From the NCBI GenBank assembly GCA_965205865.1, contig CBDBHR010000029.1:448001-512000 (forward strand): a stretch of 64,000 nt of DNA. The letters run 5' to 3'. Positions within the stretch are counted from its first letter, which is position 1. Each line of letters opens with the position of its first letter. A model generated the notes under the pieces. It saw only the letters and a list, made by a program, of their open reading frames with translations. It had not been told where the DNA came from and did not search any database. Below, one piece after another: positions 10,653 to 20,682 of the stretch. A program made the translations under genes and the position numbers. Source of the DNA: a bacterium (GTDB lineage: Bacteria; SAR324; NAC60-12).

Positions 10653-11790
10653 CGGAATGATAGACAAAAAGGCTTGGCATATACTTGGAATCTACTATGA
10701 TAGATTCAAATGAATTAAACAAGAATCTATCAGAGGAGATTGAAAATGAAAAGCACAAGTCTCATGGAAATAATCAATAAATTCCCAACAGAAGAAGAAG
10801 CACTGAAGCATCTTGAAAATCTACGATGGAGCGATAAACCAGAGTGTCCCTACTGTCATTCCCAGAAGGTGTCGAGACACAAAGAAAAGAACCAAAGAAG
10901 CCGGCTTCAATGTCAATCCTGCCATCGTTCTTTTTCGGCAACCGTCAATACGATCTTCCATAACAGCAAACTTTCCTTGAGAAAATGGTTCCTGGGGATC
11001 GTTCTCGTTTTGAATGCCAAGAAATCAATTTCAAACCGTCAACTCGGAAGAGACTTGGATTTGAGTGTCAAAACTGCCTGGTCATTCGGGAAACGAATCC
11101 GGGAAGCCATGGGAAAAGATGGCGAGCAACAACGTCTATTCAAAGGAATCGTCGAGATGGATGAAACCTATGTCGGAGGAAAGCCCAGGAAGGAGAACAA
11201 GAAGGAAGACAGGGATGATGACAACAAGCGTGGTAGGGGAACAAAAAAGCTTCCTGTTGTAGGTATTGCGGAGCGTAAGGGGGGAGTTGCGGCAGAGCTC
11301 TTTGATGACAAGTCCTTATCGAACAAGAATTTCAAAGAGATGCTGAAGGAGCACGTTGACCTGGCGAAGGCTGTTTTGATGACGGATCAATATTCAGGGT
11401 ACCGAGCAATGAAAGATGAAATATTTCATTATTCTGTTGATCATGAAAAGCAATTCGTAGACGGGAATATCCACACAAACACGATTGAGAGTTTTTGGAG
11501 TCTTTTAAAACGCGCATGGTATGGCCAACATCACTGGTATAGTCGTCGGTATGCGCATCTTTATATCGGCGAATCATGCTTCAAATACAACCATAGACGC
11601 AATGAAAACATGTTCACCGATACCTTGAAACTTTGCCTGGGGGGTTGATATTGACAAAAAATAAACGCCGTGAGATCGTTAAACCTCACGACGTTACAAA
11701 TGAGCGGATTGCAGAAAGGAATATGCTATTAGTCAAGGAAAGAGACCTAACTTACCATTAATCGCTTAAGCCTTAATGTCTATCATTCCG
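10653..11790 (+). mobile_element. IS1595-family insertion sequence, complete
   Basis: TIR CGGAATGATAGACA..AAGGCTT / AAGCCTT..TGTCTATCATTCCG; 8-bp TSD ATATTTTT at 10645-10652 and 11791-11798. Confidence 0.95.
10740..11648 (+). CDS. IS1595-family (ISXO2-like) transposase
   Basis: Zn-ribbon CPYC..CQSC, VEMDETYVGG, MTD, HTNTIESFWSLLKR. Confidence 0.95.
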   Translation: MKMKSTSLMEIINKFPTEEEALKHLENLRWSDKPECPYCHSQKVSRHKEKNQRSRLQCQSCHRSFSATVNTIFHNSKLSLRKWFLGIVLVLNAKKSISNRQLGRDLDLSVKTAWSFGKRIREAMGKDGEQQRLFKGIVEMDETYVGGKPRKENKKEDRDDDNKRGRGTKKLPVVGIAERKGGVAAELFDDKSLSNKNFKEMLKEHVDLAKAVLMTDQYSGYRAMKDEIFHYSVDHEKQFVDGNIHTNTIESFWSLLKRAWYGQHHWYSRRYAHLYIGESCFKYNHRRNENMFTDTLKLCLGG

Positions 11791-11915
11791 ATATTTTTTT
11801 ATAGCTGAGCTCCTTTGTTGCGCAATTTTCCTGATCCAAACTTGCTATAGGCTTTGCGCCGCGTAGTAGTGCTGAAATCATGCCTTGTTGTTTTAGGGAA
11901 GGAGAGGATTTCCGC

Positions 11916-11975
11916 TCGATTGAACAATACCGTGGGAGGGTTCCCACCCGATCGATTGAACAATACCGTGGGAGG
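11916..11975 (+). repeat. 24-bp perfect direct repeat, two copies
   Basis: TCGATTGAACAATACCGTGGGAGG at 11916 and 11952 with 12 bp between. Confidence 0.85.
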
Positions 11976-12143
11976 ACGTGAAAACGATTGATCTTCCCCG
12001 GGAATCTTTTTTAAACGATATTGAACTAAACGGGTTTTTCAGAGACCTGAATAGTTACAATTTTTGAATATATCTATGGAGAACAGTGCTATAGAAAAAA
12101 TAATCCGCTCCGACACGATCCCGCCTATCCGAATTTTAGCCGG

Positions 12144-13616
12144 GATCGATATCTTTACTCTTGAAGGAGAGCACGCAGCCGTTCGACTTCCACAAGCGCG
12201 TTTTCTTTTTCTTGTCGCTCTTGTTCTTTTTCTTGTCGCTCTTGTTCTTCTCTTTGCAAGGCGTTTTCTTTTTCTTGTCGCTCTTTTTCTTCTCTTTGCA
12301 AGGCGTTTTCTTTTTCTTGTCGCTCTTTTTCTTCTCTTTGCAAGGCGTTTTCTTTTTCTTGTCGCTCTTGTTGGAAGCTTTTCAAGAGGAACGGCTGGTA
12401 GAGGGGATCATCGATTAATTTTTCAAAGGCCACCTGTTTTTCTAAATCCTGAAGACGAAATGCGAATCGATCCAAGACCCGGGAATGAATCACGCCGGGC
12501 TCTTTGCTCTTCATCTTTTCATAAACCCCCTGCTCATTGAGAGCATAGAAGGCGGTATGGTTGCGCAAACGGTCTAATATAAAATATTCCGCTACCTCCG
12601 CTTTGGCGTATTCTTCTTTTTTGTGAACCGTATCCCGTTCCACCTCCGAGGGAGTCGAGTCGGATAAAAACTCTATACAGAGGTCACACACCCCATCAAA
12701 CGAACGATCCAACTGTTTGGCCTCGACAGGATTGGAGTGAAGAATCACGGCCAGATCCGGTTTGCGAATACTCACCTTTTTCTTTCCCAGTTCCAAACGA
12801 AAGCCCATTTCCAATGCCATGATTCGCCCTTGAGGGAAGACGGTTAAATATTCTTCTAATAAGCGCAAGAACCATTGATACAGAGAGATGCTTAAAAAAT
12901 CTGGCATGGGCTTTTCCTCCAAGAGTCCATTGTTCCATTCATATTGACAATCCAGGTGTTCATAGTAGGTCTTCCAATACTCTGCCTCACTCACCCTGAG
13001 GGGCTCCCTGGCAGAGGGAGGAAAGCGTGTTGGAGTTGTGTGTTTTTTGATGGATTCTAAAGAAGCCATGAGTTCCTCAATGGGAATGAGAAGTGAAATT
13101 TGTCGTCTTTTCAAAAGAATAACACATTGTGCGGAGGACAGCAATTTCTTGCGTCGTCTGTTCAGCAGGGAATCTGAGAAAAGATATTTGATAGAGTTGC
13201 TCGCAATGACTAGTTCTGCTTCTCAAATTAAACAGAACCACTGCCCTAAAAACCCCCCCCCCAAAAAAAAAATCAAAAAAATAATCCAAAGTGCATATTT
13301 ATCTTGATTTCATGATGATGATGATAATTCATACTTTGTGCCATAGGATTGCCGGAGAAAGAGATAAAATGAAAAAAATTATCTCTTGCCGGGAATCTTT
13401 TGTTCCTCATCCGGGCGTTCGAGCACCCGTTCTTTCGATGGGCTCAATGGCTGGGTGAAGTATTGTCAATCTCTTGTATAAGGAGTTATCATGGACATGT
13501 ATTTCAAGCAACTTTTTGCCCCTCTCGTGGGGCTGAACCCGGCAGGCGTTTGGTCTGCTGCAAAACTGCAATCTTTATTGCTCACCCTCACCCTGATGGT
13601 GACAGCCTTTTGGGTC
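12144..13616. repeat. About 1.47-kb duplicated block, copy A (copy B at 19253-20682)
   Basis: Near-identical from GATCGATATCTTTACTC through Uma2 and the intergenic region into the SBP signal-peptide coding sequence. Confidence 0.95.
12155..13069 (-). CDS. Uma2-family PD-(D/E)xK endonuclease with a heptad-repeat coiled-coil tail (copy 1)
   Basis: YEWNNG, RKPDLAV, IEFLS, KKEEYA..V.EY; tail of QEKENALQREEKER repeats; GAGG RBS before ATG 13069. Confidence 0.88.
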   Translation of the reverse strand: MASLESIKKHTTPTRFPPSAREPLRVSEAEYWKTYYEHLDCQYEWNNGLLEEKPMPDFLSISLYQWFLRLLEEYLTVFPQGRIMALEMGFRLELGKKKVSIRKPDLAVILHSNPVEAKQLDRSFDGVCDLCIEFLSDSTPSEVERDTVHKKEEYAKAEVAEYFILDRLRNHTAFYALNEQGVYEKMKSKEPGVIHSRVLDRFAFRLQDLEKQVAFEKLIDDPLYQPFLLKSFQQERQEKENALQREEKERQEKENALQREEKERQEKENALQREEQERQEKEQERQEKENALVEVERLRALLQE

Positions 13617-15293
13617 AGTCCGGCTGCCGCCCAGAAGTATGTGACCGACCCCAGCACAGGTAAGGTCGTGACCGCTCCGGAGTATGGCGGGACATTGACC
13701 TTCGTCCGAAAAGAAGAGCCGGCGGGTCCTGACACCGTGGTCTCTGGCGTATGGGCGCAAGCTTACGCCGCTGGCGTTTCAGAGAAGCTGGTCATGGCTG
13801 ACTGGGCAACGCCCAGGGACGAATTTGACTTCCAGTATCTCAACCCTCCAACAAACACGAAAGGGGCGCTGGCGGAAAGCTGGTCGCAGCCCGACCCCCT
13901 GACGTATATCGTCAAAGTCCGCCAGGGCGCGCATTGGCACAAGAAAGCCCCCATGAATGGCAGAGCGGTGACCGCCCAGGATATCGTGATCAACTATCAC
14001 CGCATATTGGGGATGGGCAGCGGTTTCACCGAACCGAGCGAATTTGCTAATCAATTCAAAAATGCGCAAATGGAATCGATCACGGCCACCGACAAATCGA
14101 CGGTTGTTTTTAAGCTGAAGCAGCTACACCTCGGTGCGCTGAATGCGATCCTCAATGGCAACATCGCCTGGATCTACCCCCCCGAGGTCCTCGAGGAACA
14201 CGGGGACGTGACGGATTGGAAGAACCTGGTCGGCACCGGACCGATGATGCTGACGGACTGGACCAAAAGCAGCTCTATCACCTGGAAGAAGAATCCGGAC
14301 TACTGGGGCTTTGACGAAAAATACCCGCAGAACCGCTTGCCTTATATTGACCAGTTAAGGGCCCTGATTATGCCGGAAACGGCAACACAACTGGCAGCAA
14401 TACGCTCGGGTAAGGTTGATTACATAGGTCCGATCGGCGCAGCTCAAATGAGGACGCTCGACCAGGTAGAGAGCCTCCAGCGGACCAACCCCGAACTCGT
14501 GATATATCCATTTTACAATCGGTCGGATAATGGTATTGGTATGAACGTTCAGATAAAGCCCTTTGACGACATCAGGGTGCGCAAGGCCATGCAGATGGCG
14601 CTGAATCTCGAGGAGATCAACAACGCCTACTATAAGGGTTTTGCCGATATGACACCTCAGGGGCAGCTAAACCGTTCTTTTACAGAGGTTGTCACTCAAT
14701 TTGAAGATTGGCCAGCAGAGGTCAAGAAAGTCTTTGACTACGACCCGGAAGGGGCGAAAAAACTTCTGGCAGAAGCGGGCTATCCCAATGGCTTCGAGTC
14801 TGTGTTGATGCACATCGAGCGCTACGATTTGAACTATGTCCAATTACTCGCTTCCTATTGGAAAAAGATTGGCGTTGATGTGGAGATTGATGTACAGCCA
14901 GTAGCTGCATTCGTTACTAAAAGAAGCGCGAGGGATTTCGAAATGGTCAATGCGGAAGCGGCCGGGCGTGGATCCCCATTGGGATGGCAAAGTCGCTATA
15001 CGCCGGGCGTCCCATGGGGCAGCTCCAATGTCGACGACCCGGTTTATACAGCCAAGTTTGAAGCCGGCGGAGCCGCTACCACCATCGAGGAGCAGAACAG
15101 GATAGCTGGAGAGTTGAATCAGTATGGGATCGAGAAGTTTTGGACGATATGGGGTCCGATGGCTCCACAGTATCTGGCGATCCAGCCGTGGATCATAGGT
15201 TTTAACGCTGAACTGAATTTGGGAGAGGGTCAATATAACACCGTCTTCACCCGCCTCTGGATTGACCAGGAATTGAAGGACAGGACCCGGTAA
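13491..15293 (+). CDS. ABC transporter substrate-binding protein, family 5 (SBP1)
   Basis: Signal peptide, PEYGG, LAESW, GTGP, PFDDIRVRKA, AKKLLAEAGY. Confidence 0.92.
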   Translation: MDMYFKQLFAPLVGLNPAGVWSAAKLQSLLLTLTLMVTAFWVSPAAAQKYVTDPSTGKVVTAPEYGGTLTFVRKEEPAGPDTVVSGVWAQAYAAGVSEKLVMADWATPRDEFDFQYLNPPTNTKGALAESWSQPDPLTYIVKVRQGAHWHKKAPMNGRAVTAQDIVINYHRILGMGSGFTEPSEFANQFKNAQMESITATDKSTVVFKLKQLHLGALNAILNGNIAWIYPPEVLEEHGDVTDWKNLVGTGPMMLTDWTKSSSITWKKNPDYWGFDEKYPQNRLPYIDQLRALIMPETATQLAAIRSGKVDYIGPIGAAQMRTLDQVESLQRTNPELVIYPFYNRSDNGIGMNVQIKPFDDIRVRKAMQMALNLEEINNAYYKGFADMTPQGQLNRSFTEVVTQFEDWPAEVKKVFDYDPEGAKKLLAEAGYPNGFESVLMHIERYDLNYVQLLASYWKKIGVDVEIDVQPVAAFVTKRSARDFEMVNAEAAGRGSPLGWQSRYTPGVPWGSSNVDDPVYTAKFEAGGAATTIEEQNRIAGELNQYGIEKFWTIWGPMAPQYLAIQPWIIGFNAELNLGEGQYNTVFTRLWIDQELKDRTR

Positions 15294-15394
15294 TTGGCCG
15301 ACTAAAAGCACTCGTGGACCGGGCAGCACTGCCCGGTCTACTCCAGGATACCCCGCGTTTCCCCGCCCATTGCAAAAATGATGAGGTCTGTCCC

Positions 15395-16354
15395 ATGAGA
15401 GCCTATATGATCAGGCGGTTATTGCTGATCCTCCCCACCCTGTTTATCTTGAGCATCCTGGTTTTTCTTTCGGTGCGCTTTATCCCCGGCGATGTCATCG
15501 ACGTCCTGGAAGGTAGAATGGAATACGCAGAATCGGGGGGGATTGACCGGGAAGCGTTGGAGCGTCGGCTGGGATTGGATGTGCCTGCCTGGGTGCAGTA
15601 TGGACGCTGGATCGGCGATATTCTCCTGAACGCCTCTCTGGGCGAGTCCCTGCTGACCAGTTACGCGGTAGAGGAGGCAATCTTAGAGAGACTGCCGGTC
15701 ACCCTTGAACTGGGTGTCCTGGCCATCCTCATTGGGCTGGTGATCGCGCTGCCCGTGGGCATCTACTCAGCGATTCGCCAGGATACCGCCGCCGACTACC
15801 TGGGGCGCTCCCTGGCCATCATCGGCCTGGCCACGCCTAACTTCTGGCTGGGAATAATGGTCATGATCTACCCGGCCATCTGGTGGGGCTGGTCGCCCCC
15901 GCTGGAGCTGATTCCTTTCACGCAAGACCCGCTGGGGAATCTCTGGGGGTTCTTCATCCCCAGCCTGATTCTGGGAACGGCCTCGGCGGCTGCGACCATG
16001 CGGATGATGCGCACCATGATGCTGGAGGTGCTCCGGCAGGACTATATCCGCACCGCCTGGTCCAAGGGGCTCAGGGAGCGGGTTGTGGTGATCCGGCACA
16101 CCATCAAAAATGCCCTCATCCCGGTGGTGACCCTGATTGGTCTGCAGTTGCCGATCCTGGTTGGGGGTGCGGTGATCATGGAGAACATCTTCAACCTGCC
16201 AGGACTCGGTCGTCTCTTGGTCGATGCCCTCCAAACCCGAGACTACCCCATGGTCTCCGGAGTCAACCTGTTTTTCGCCACCGGAGTGGTGCTGCTCAAT
16301 CTCCTCATCGACCTGATTTATCCCTACCTGGACCCGAGGGTGCGCTATGAATAG
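15395..16354 (+). CDS. ABC permease, OppB/DppB type
   Basis: MRAYMIRRLL start, EVLRQDYIRTAWSKGL (EAA loop), LDPRVRYE end. Confidence 0.92.
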   Translation: MRAYMIRRLLLILPTLFILSILVFLSVRFIPGDVIDVLEGRMEYAESGGIDREALERRLGLDVPAWVQYGRWIGDILLNASLGESLLTSYAVEEAILERLPVTLELGVLAILIGLVIALPVGIYSAIRQDTAADYLGRSLAIIGLATPNFWLGIMVMIYPAIWWGWSPPLELIPFTQDPLGNLWGFFIPSLILGTASAAATMRMMRTMMLEVLRQDYIRTAWSKGLRERVVVIRHTIKNALIPVVTLIGLQLPILVGGAVIMENIFNLPGLGRLLVDALQTRDYPMVSGVNLFFATGVVLLNLLIDLIYPYLDPRVRYE

Positions 16355-16464
16355 TCGCTGGCGCGAATAGCCTTGATATGAGCCATGCCACCGAGGCACC
16401 CTCCGCCGTCAGTAAGCCCAATATCAACCTCTTGGTATTCCTGAGTTTTTGACTCTTTTTCCAT

Positions 16465-16662
16465 TTATTGCTTTGTAAATAGTGTCTGCATCCACCAAGA
16501 TTGCTTTAAATCGTCCTCGAAACAACGGTCAATGCCTTCTTCCAGCAAGAACTCAAAGTTCAGGTAGTCTGTTTTCTTGAAGAAAATCCGTGCCCCACCA
16601 TTGCCTCGCCGCATCGCATGATACACGGCCCCAGGATAATAAAATCTTGGTTTGCGTGCGAT
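16465..16662 (-). pseudogene. Fragment of a REP-associated tyrosine transposase (RAYT)
   Basis: ARKPRFYYPGAVYHAMRRGN...IF....DY..F matches the RAYT N-terminus; truncated. Confidence 0.7.
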
Positions 16663-17083
16663 CGCTCTTTTTGCAAAATCTCTACCACCGCTCCCAATCA
16701 CCCGAGGTCTCGGGAGGAGACCAGGACTCAATCCTATGTCTGTACCTTTTCTAACCGAATTAAATACCAATATGCAAACCTGGCCCCAATTTGCAATTTC
16801 AAGATTTCTAAAAAGATCTATTTTAAGGTAACATTAGCTTGTTCTTGATTTAAAATTGCTGTTCTAAATGCAAATGAGGAATTTAGTTTACCAATCATTT
16901 TTCACATTGACTTATTTTACGAATTCTAAGATAAGTTGAGCAATTTCTTTCCCTTTCCGAAGTTAAACGGAATTGATCATCGAAGCGATTGGTGTGAGCA
17001 ATAAAGGACAATAATTTTTTTGATGTGCCTGGAAAAAGAGGCAGAATGAGCAATTGTTGAAACGAATATTTGTGGAGAACATA

Positions 17084-17596
17084 ATGCAAGAACGCCCCGA
17101 ATTTATCAAACACTGTGAGGAATTGATTTCCAGCGAAACTTGGACCTATCCGGGAGATACCGAGACTTTTGGAACTCGCGCATTACTCAGTCGAAAACTT
17201 GGACTGAAAAGAGTGGCCATCAACTTGGCAGTACTGCAACCCGGAGATCGCAGTTCATGGCCGCATGCGCACAAAGAAGAGGAAGAGTTTATCTTTATTT
17301 TTAAGGGTCATCCGCAAGTTTGGGTTGATGGAAGAGTTTATGACCTGAGACCCGGCGACTGCGTCGGATTCCCCCCAGGTAGCGGTCATGCGCACACCCT
17401 GCTCAATAATTCGGAAAGCGTGGTCCTGGCCATCGTTGTTGGTGAGACGAAACCTGTCAACGAGAAACTATTTTATCCCATGCGCCCCAAAAGAAATGAG
17501 GAGATCCGGGAAAAAGGATTTTTCTGGGAAGGACGCCCGGAACGTGAATTTGGACCCCACGATGGATGGCCTGACAAGAAAAGGCCCGGCAATTAA
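17084..17596 (+). CDS. Cupin-domain protein
   Basis: PGDRSSWPHAHKEEEEF and PGDCVGFPPG..HAH cupin motifs; GGAGA RBS. Confidence 0.88.
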   Translation: MQERPEFIKHCEELISSETWTYPGDTETFGTRALLSRKLGLKRVAINLAVLQPGDRSSWPHAHKEEEEFIFIFKGHPQVWVDGRVYDLRPGDCVGFPPGSGHAHTLLNNSESVVLAIVVGETKPVNEKLFYPMRPKRNEEIREKGFFWEGRPEREFGPHDGWPDKKRPGN

Positions 17597-17646
17597 TCTT
17601 CTATTCGATTGAAAATCACTGGCTCCATCTCAGATAAGAAGGGCTC

Positions 17647-19080
17647 TCAAAGCAAATTTCTGGCGGTTTGTTCAATTTGCTGCCAGGCTTGCTGAACGTG
17701 ATGCGCTTCGGTGTGGGTTTGCCCGATGCAAAAGCGCAGCGCATACTGCTCGTTGAGCTTCGTGTGGGTGAGGTACAGGCGACCGCTTTGGTTGAGGGTT
17801 TCCAAAAGCTTTTGATTGAAGGAATCGCCTTGCGTATGCCGGAAGCAAACCAGATTCAAGAGGGCGGGTGCCGCCAACTCGAAATGTTCGGACGCTTCGA
17901 TCCATTGCGCAAAATCTTGTGCCATTTCAATGTGGTGTTTGATGTGATAACGCAATCCTTCGATACCGTAGTGGCGAATGACAAACCAGAGCTTCAAGGA
18001 GCGGAAACGCCGCCCCAGTGGAATTTGCCAGTCTCGATAATCGATGACGGCTCCTGATTCGCTGGCTTTGTTGCGAAGAAATTCCGGCAAGATACTCAAG
18101 GTTTGGATGAGAGCATTGCGCTCTGCCACATAAAAACAATCACAATCAAAGTTGGTGAACATCCACTTGTGGGGATTGAAACAATAACTGTCTGCCTTGT
18201 CCAGTCCGTCGTTGAGATATCGATACTCGGGACAGAGAGCCGCAGTGCCGGACATGGCGCTGTCGACATGAAACCAAATTTTTGCTTCCTGGCAAATTTG
18301 TCCGATCTCTGGCAAGGGATCCATGGCATTGGAGGAAGTCGTCCCCATGGTAGCGCAGACAAAACAGGGAATTAAACCTGCCTGGCGGTCTTCTTCGATT
18401 TGCCGAAAGAGTTCATCAGGACGCATGGCAAAATTGTCATCCACTGCAATCAGGCGTAGGTTTTGCCGTCCCAAACCTGCAATTTTGACGGCTTTCTCCA
18501 CGGAGGAGTGGGCTTGTGTGGAGGCATAGGCCACCAATCGACCATCGCATCCTGTTTCGTTGCTGGCAAAACCCGTTACACGCTCACGTGCCGCCAGTAG
18601 CGCACAGAGGGAGGCGCTGGAAGCCGTATCCTCAATCACTCCTCCACCCGTTGAGTCCGATTTGAATTTTGGAGGCAAACCCAACATGTCCACCAGCCAA
18701 TCCAACACATGGGTTTCCAACTCCGTGCAGGCAGGACTGGTTGACCAGAGCATCCCCTGCACTGCCAACCCCGAAGAAAGCAAGTCCCCCAGGATCGAAG
18801 GTCCGGAAGCATTGGCAGGAAAAAAAGCGAAGAAATTGGGGGATTGCCAATGTGTCACTCCGGGGAGGAGACGATTCATATCCTGCAAAATCGTCTCAAA
18901 TTTTTCTCCATGCCAGGGAGGTTCTGCCGGCAGAGCGGAACGGATATCCCCGGGTTGGGCTCGAGACAAGACGGGGAAAGATTCAATGGCTTCATAATAA
19001 TCGGCAATCCAGTCGACGACAGCTTTACCATGGTGCCGGAAAGCATCCGGAGACATGTGAAAGTTTTTCTTTTCAGACAT
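17647..19080 (-). CDS. PLP-dependent aromatic-L-amino-acid decarboxylase family protein
   Basis: GVTHWQSP, SPACTELE, AHSSVEKA, HVDSA, NPHKW (PLP lysine), LGRRFRSLKLW. Confidence 0.92.
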   Translation of the reverse strand: MSEKKNFHMSPDAFRHHGKAVVDWIADYYEAIESFPVLSRAQPGDIRSALPAEPPWHGEKFETILQDMNRLLPGVTHWQSPNFFAFFPANASGPSILGDLLSSGLAVQGMLWSTSPACTELETHVLDWLVDMLGLPPKFKSDSTGGGVIEDTASSASLCALLAARERVTGFASNETGCDGRLVAYASTQAHSSVEKAVKIAGLGRQNLRLIAVDDNFAMRPDELFRQIEEDRQAGLIPCFVCATMGTTSSNAMDPLPEIGQICQEAKIWFHVDSAMSGTAALCPEYRYLNDGLDKADSYCFNPHKWMFTNFDCDCFYVAERNALIQTLSILPEFLRNKASESGAVIDYRDWQIPLGRRFRSLKLWFVIRHYGIEGLRYHIKHHIEMAQDFAQWIEASEHFELAAPALLNLVCFRHTQGDSFNQKLLETLNQSGRLYLTHTKLNEQYALRFCIGQTHTEAHHVQQAWQQIEQTARNLL

Positions 19081-19252
19081 TTTCTTTTGCAATTCATTGC
19101 TTTTATTCAGTTCAGTAGTGAAACCGGAACCGAGTGGCTTACTGAAATGAAAGTTTTCAAAGAGCGGTTGCGCAAAAAGCACATTCGATTGTTCTCCTGA
19201 TTATGCCCATCAATAAATAGTCTCACAAGTTCAATTTTTTATTGAAAAGAAA

Positions 19253-20682
19253 GATCGATATCTTTACTCTTGAAGGAGAGCACGCAACCGTTCAACTTCC
19301 GCAAGCGCGTTTTCTTTTTCTTTTCGCTCTTTTTCTTTTTCTTTTCGCTCTTTTTCTTTTTCTTTTCGCTCTTTTTCTTTTTCTTTTCGCTCTTTTTCTT
19401 CTCTTTGCAAGGCGTTTTCTTTTTCTTGTCGCTCTTGTTGGAAGCTTTTCAAGAGGAACGGCTGGTAGAGGGGATCATCGATTAATTTTTCAAAGGCCAC
19501 CTGTTTTTCCAAATCCTGAAGACGAAATGCGAATCGATCAAAGACCCTGGAATGAATCACGCCGGGCTCTTTGCCCTTCATCCTTTCATAAACCCCCTGC
19601 TCATTGAGAGCATAGAAGGCGGTATGCTTGCGCAAACGGTCTAATATATAATATTCCGCTACCCCCGCTTTGGCGTATTCTTCTTTTTTGTGAACCGTAT
19701 CCCGTTCCACCTCCGAGGGAGTCGAGTCGGATAAAAACTCTATACAGAGGTCACACACCCCATCAAACGAACGATCCAACAGTTTGGCCTCGACAGGATT
19801 GGAGTGAAGAATCACGGCCAGATCCGGTTTGCGAATACTCACCTTTTTCTTTCCCAGTTCCAAACGAAAGCCCATTTCCAATGCCATGATTCGCCCTTGA
19901 GGGAAGACGGTTAAATATTCTTCTAATAAGCGCAAGAACCATTGATACAGAGAGATGCTTAAAAAATCTGGCATGGGCTTTTCCTCCAAGAGTCCATTGT
20001 TCCATTCATATTGACAATCCGGGTGTTCATAGTACGTCTTCCAATACTCTGCCTCACTCACCCTGAGGGGCTCCCTGGCAGAGGGAGGAAAGCGTGTTGG
20101 AGTGGTGTGGTTTTTGACGGATTCTAAAGAAGCCATGAGGTCCTCAATGGGAATGAGAAGTGAATTTTGTCGTCTTTTCAAAAGAATAACACATTGTGCG
20201 GAGGACAGCAATTTCTTGCGTCGTCTGTTCAGCAGGGAATCTGAGAAAAGATATTTGATAGAGTTGCTCGCAATGACTAATTCTGCTTCTCAAATTAAAC
20301 AGAACCACTGCCCTAAAAACCCCCCCCCAAAAAAAAATCAAAAAAATAATCCAAAGTGCATTTTTAGCTTGATTTCATGATGATGATGATAATTCATACT
20401 TTGTGCCATTAGGATTGCTGGAGAAAGAGATAAAATGAAAAAATTCATCTCTCCCCGGGAATCTTTTGTTCCTCATCCGGACCTTCGAGCACCCGTTCTT
20501 TCGATGGGCTCAATGGCTGGGTGAAGTATTGTCAATCTCTTGTATAAGGAGTTCCCATGTACATGTATTTCAAGCAACTTTTTGCCCCTCTCGTGGGGCT
20601 GAACCCGGCAGGCGTTTGGTCTGCTGCAAAACTGCAATCTTTATTGCTCACCCTAACCCTGATGGTGACCGCTCTCTGGGTC
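19253..20682. repeat. Duplicated block, copy B
   Basis: Matches 12144-13616. Confidence 0.95.
19264..20136 (-). CDS. Uma2-family endonuclease with a heptad tail (copy 2)
   Basis: Nearly identical to copy 1; the tail is made of KEKEKER repeats instead. Confidence 0.88.
   Translation of the reverse strand: MASLESVKNHTTPTRFPPSAREPLRVSEAEYWKTYYEHPDCQYEWNNGLLEEKPMPDFLSISLYQWFLRLLEEYLTVFPQGRIMALEMGFRLELGKKKVSIRKPDLAVILHSNPVEAKLLDRSFDGVCDLCIEFLSDSTPSEVERDTVHKKEEYAKAGVAEYYILDRLRKHTAFYALNEQGVYERMKGKEPGVIHSRVFDRFAFRLQDLEKQVAFEKLIDDPLYQPFLLKSFQQERQEKENALQREEKERKEKEKERKEKEKERKEKEKERKEKENALAEVERLRALLQE

Noticed and set aside
11916-11975. 24-bp direct repeat as a mini CRISPR array
   Set aside because: Only two copies, a 12-bp spacer and no cas genes in the window.
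12064-12540. Hydrophobic repeat ORF (also 19242-19607)
   Set aside because: It is the antisense shadow of the Uma2 Glu/Lys/Arg repeat tail.
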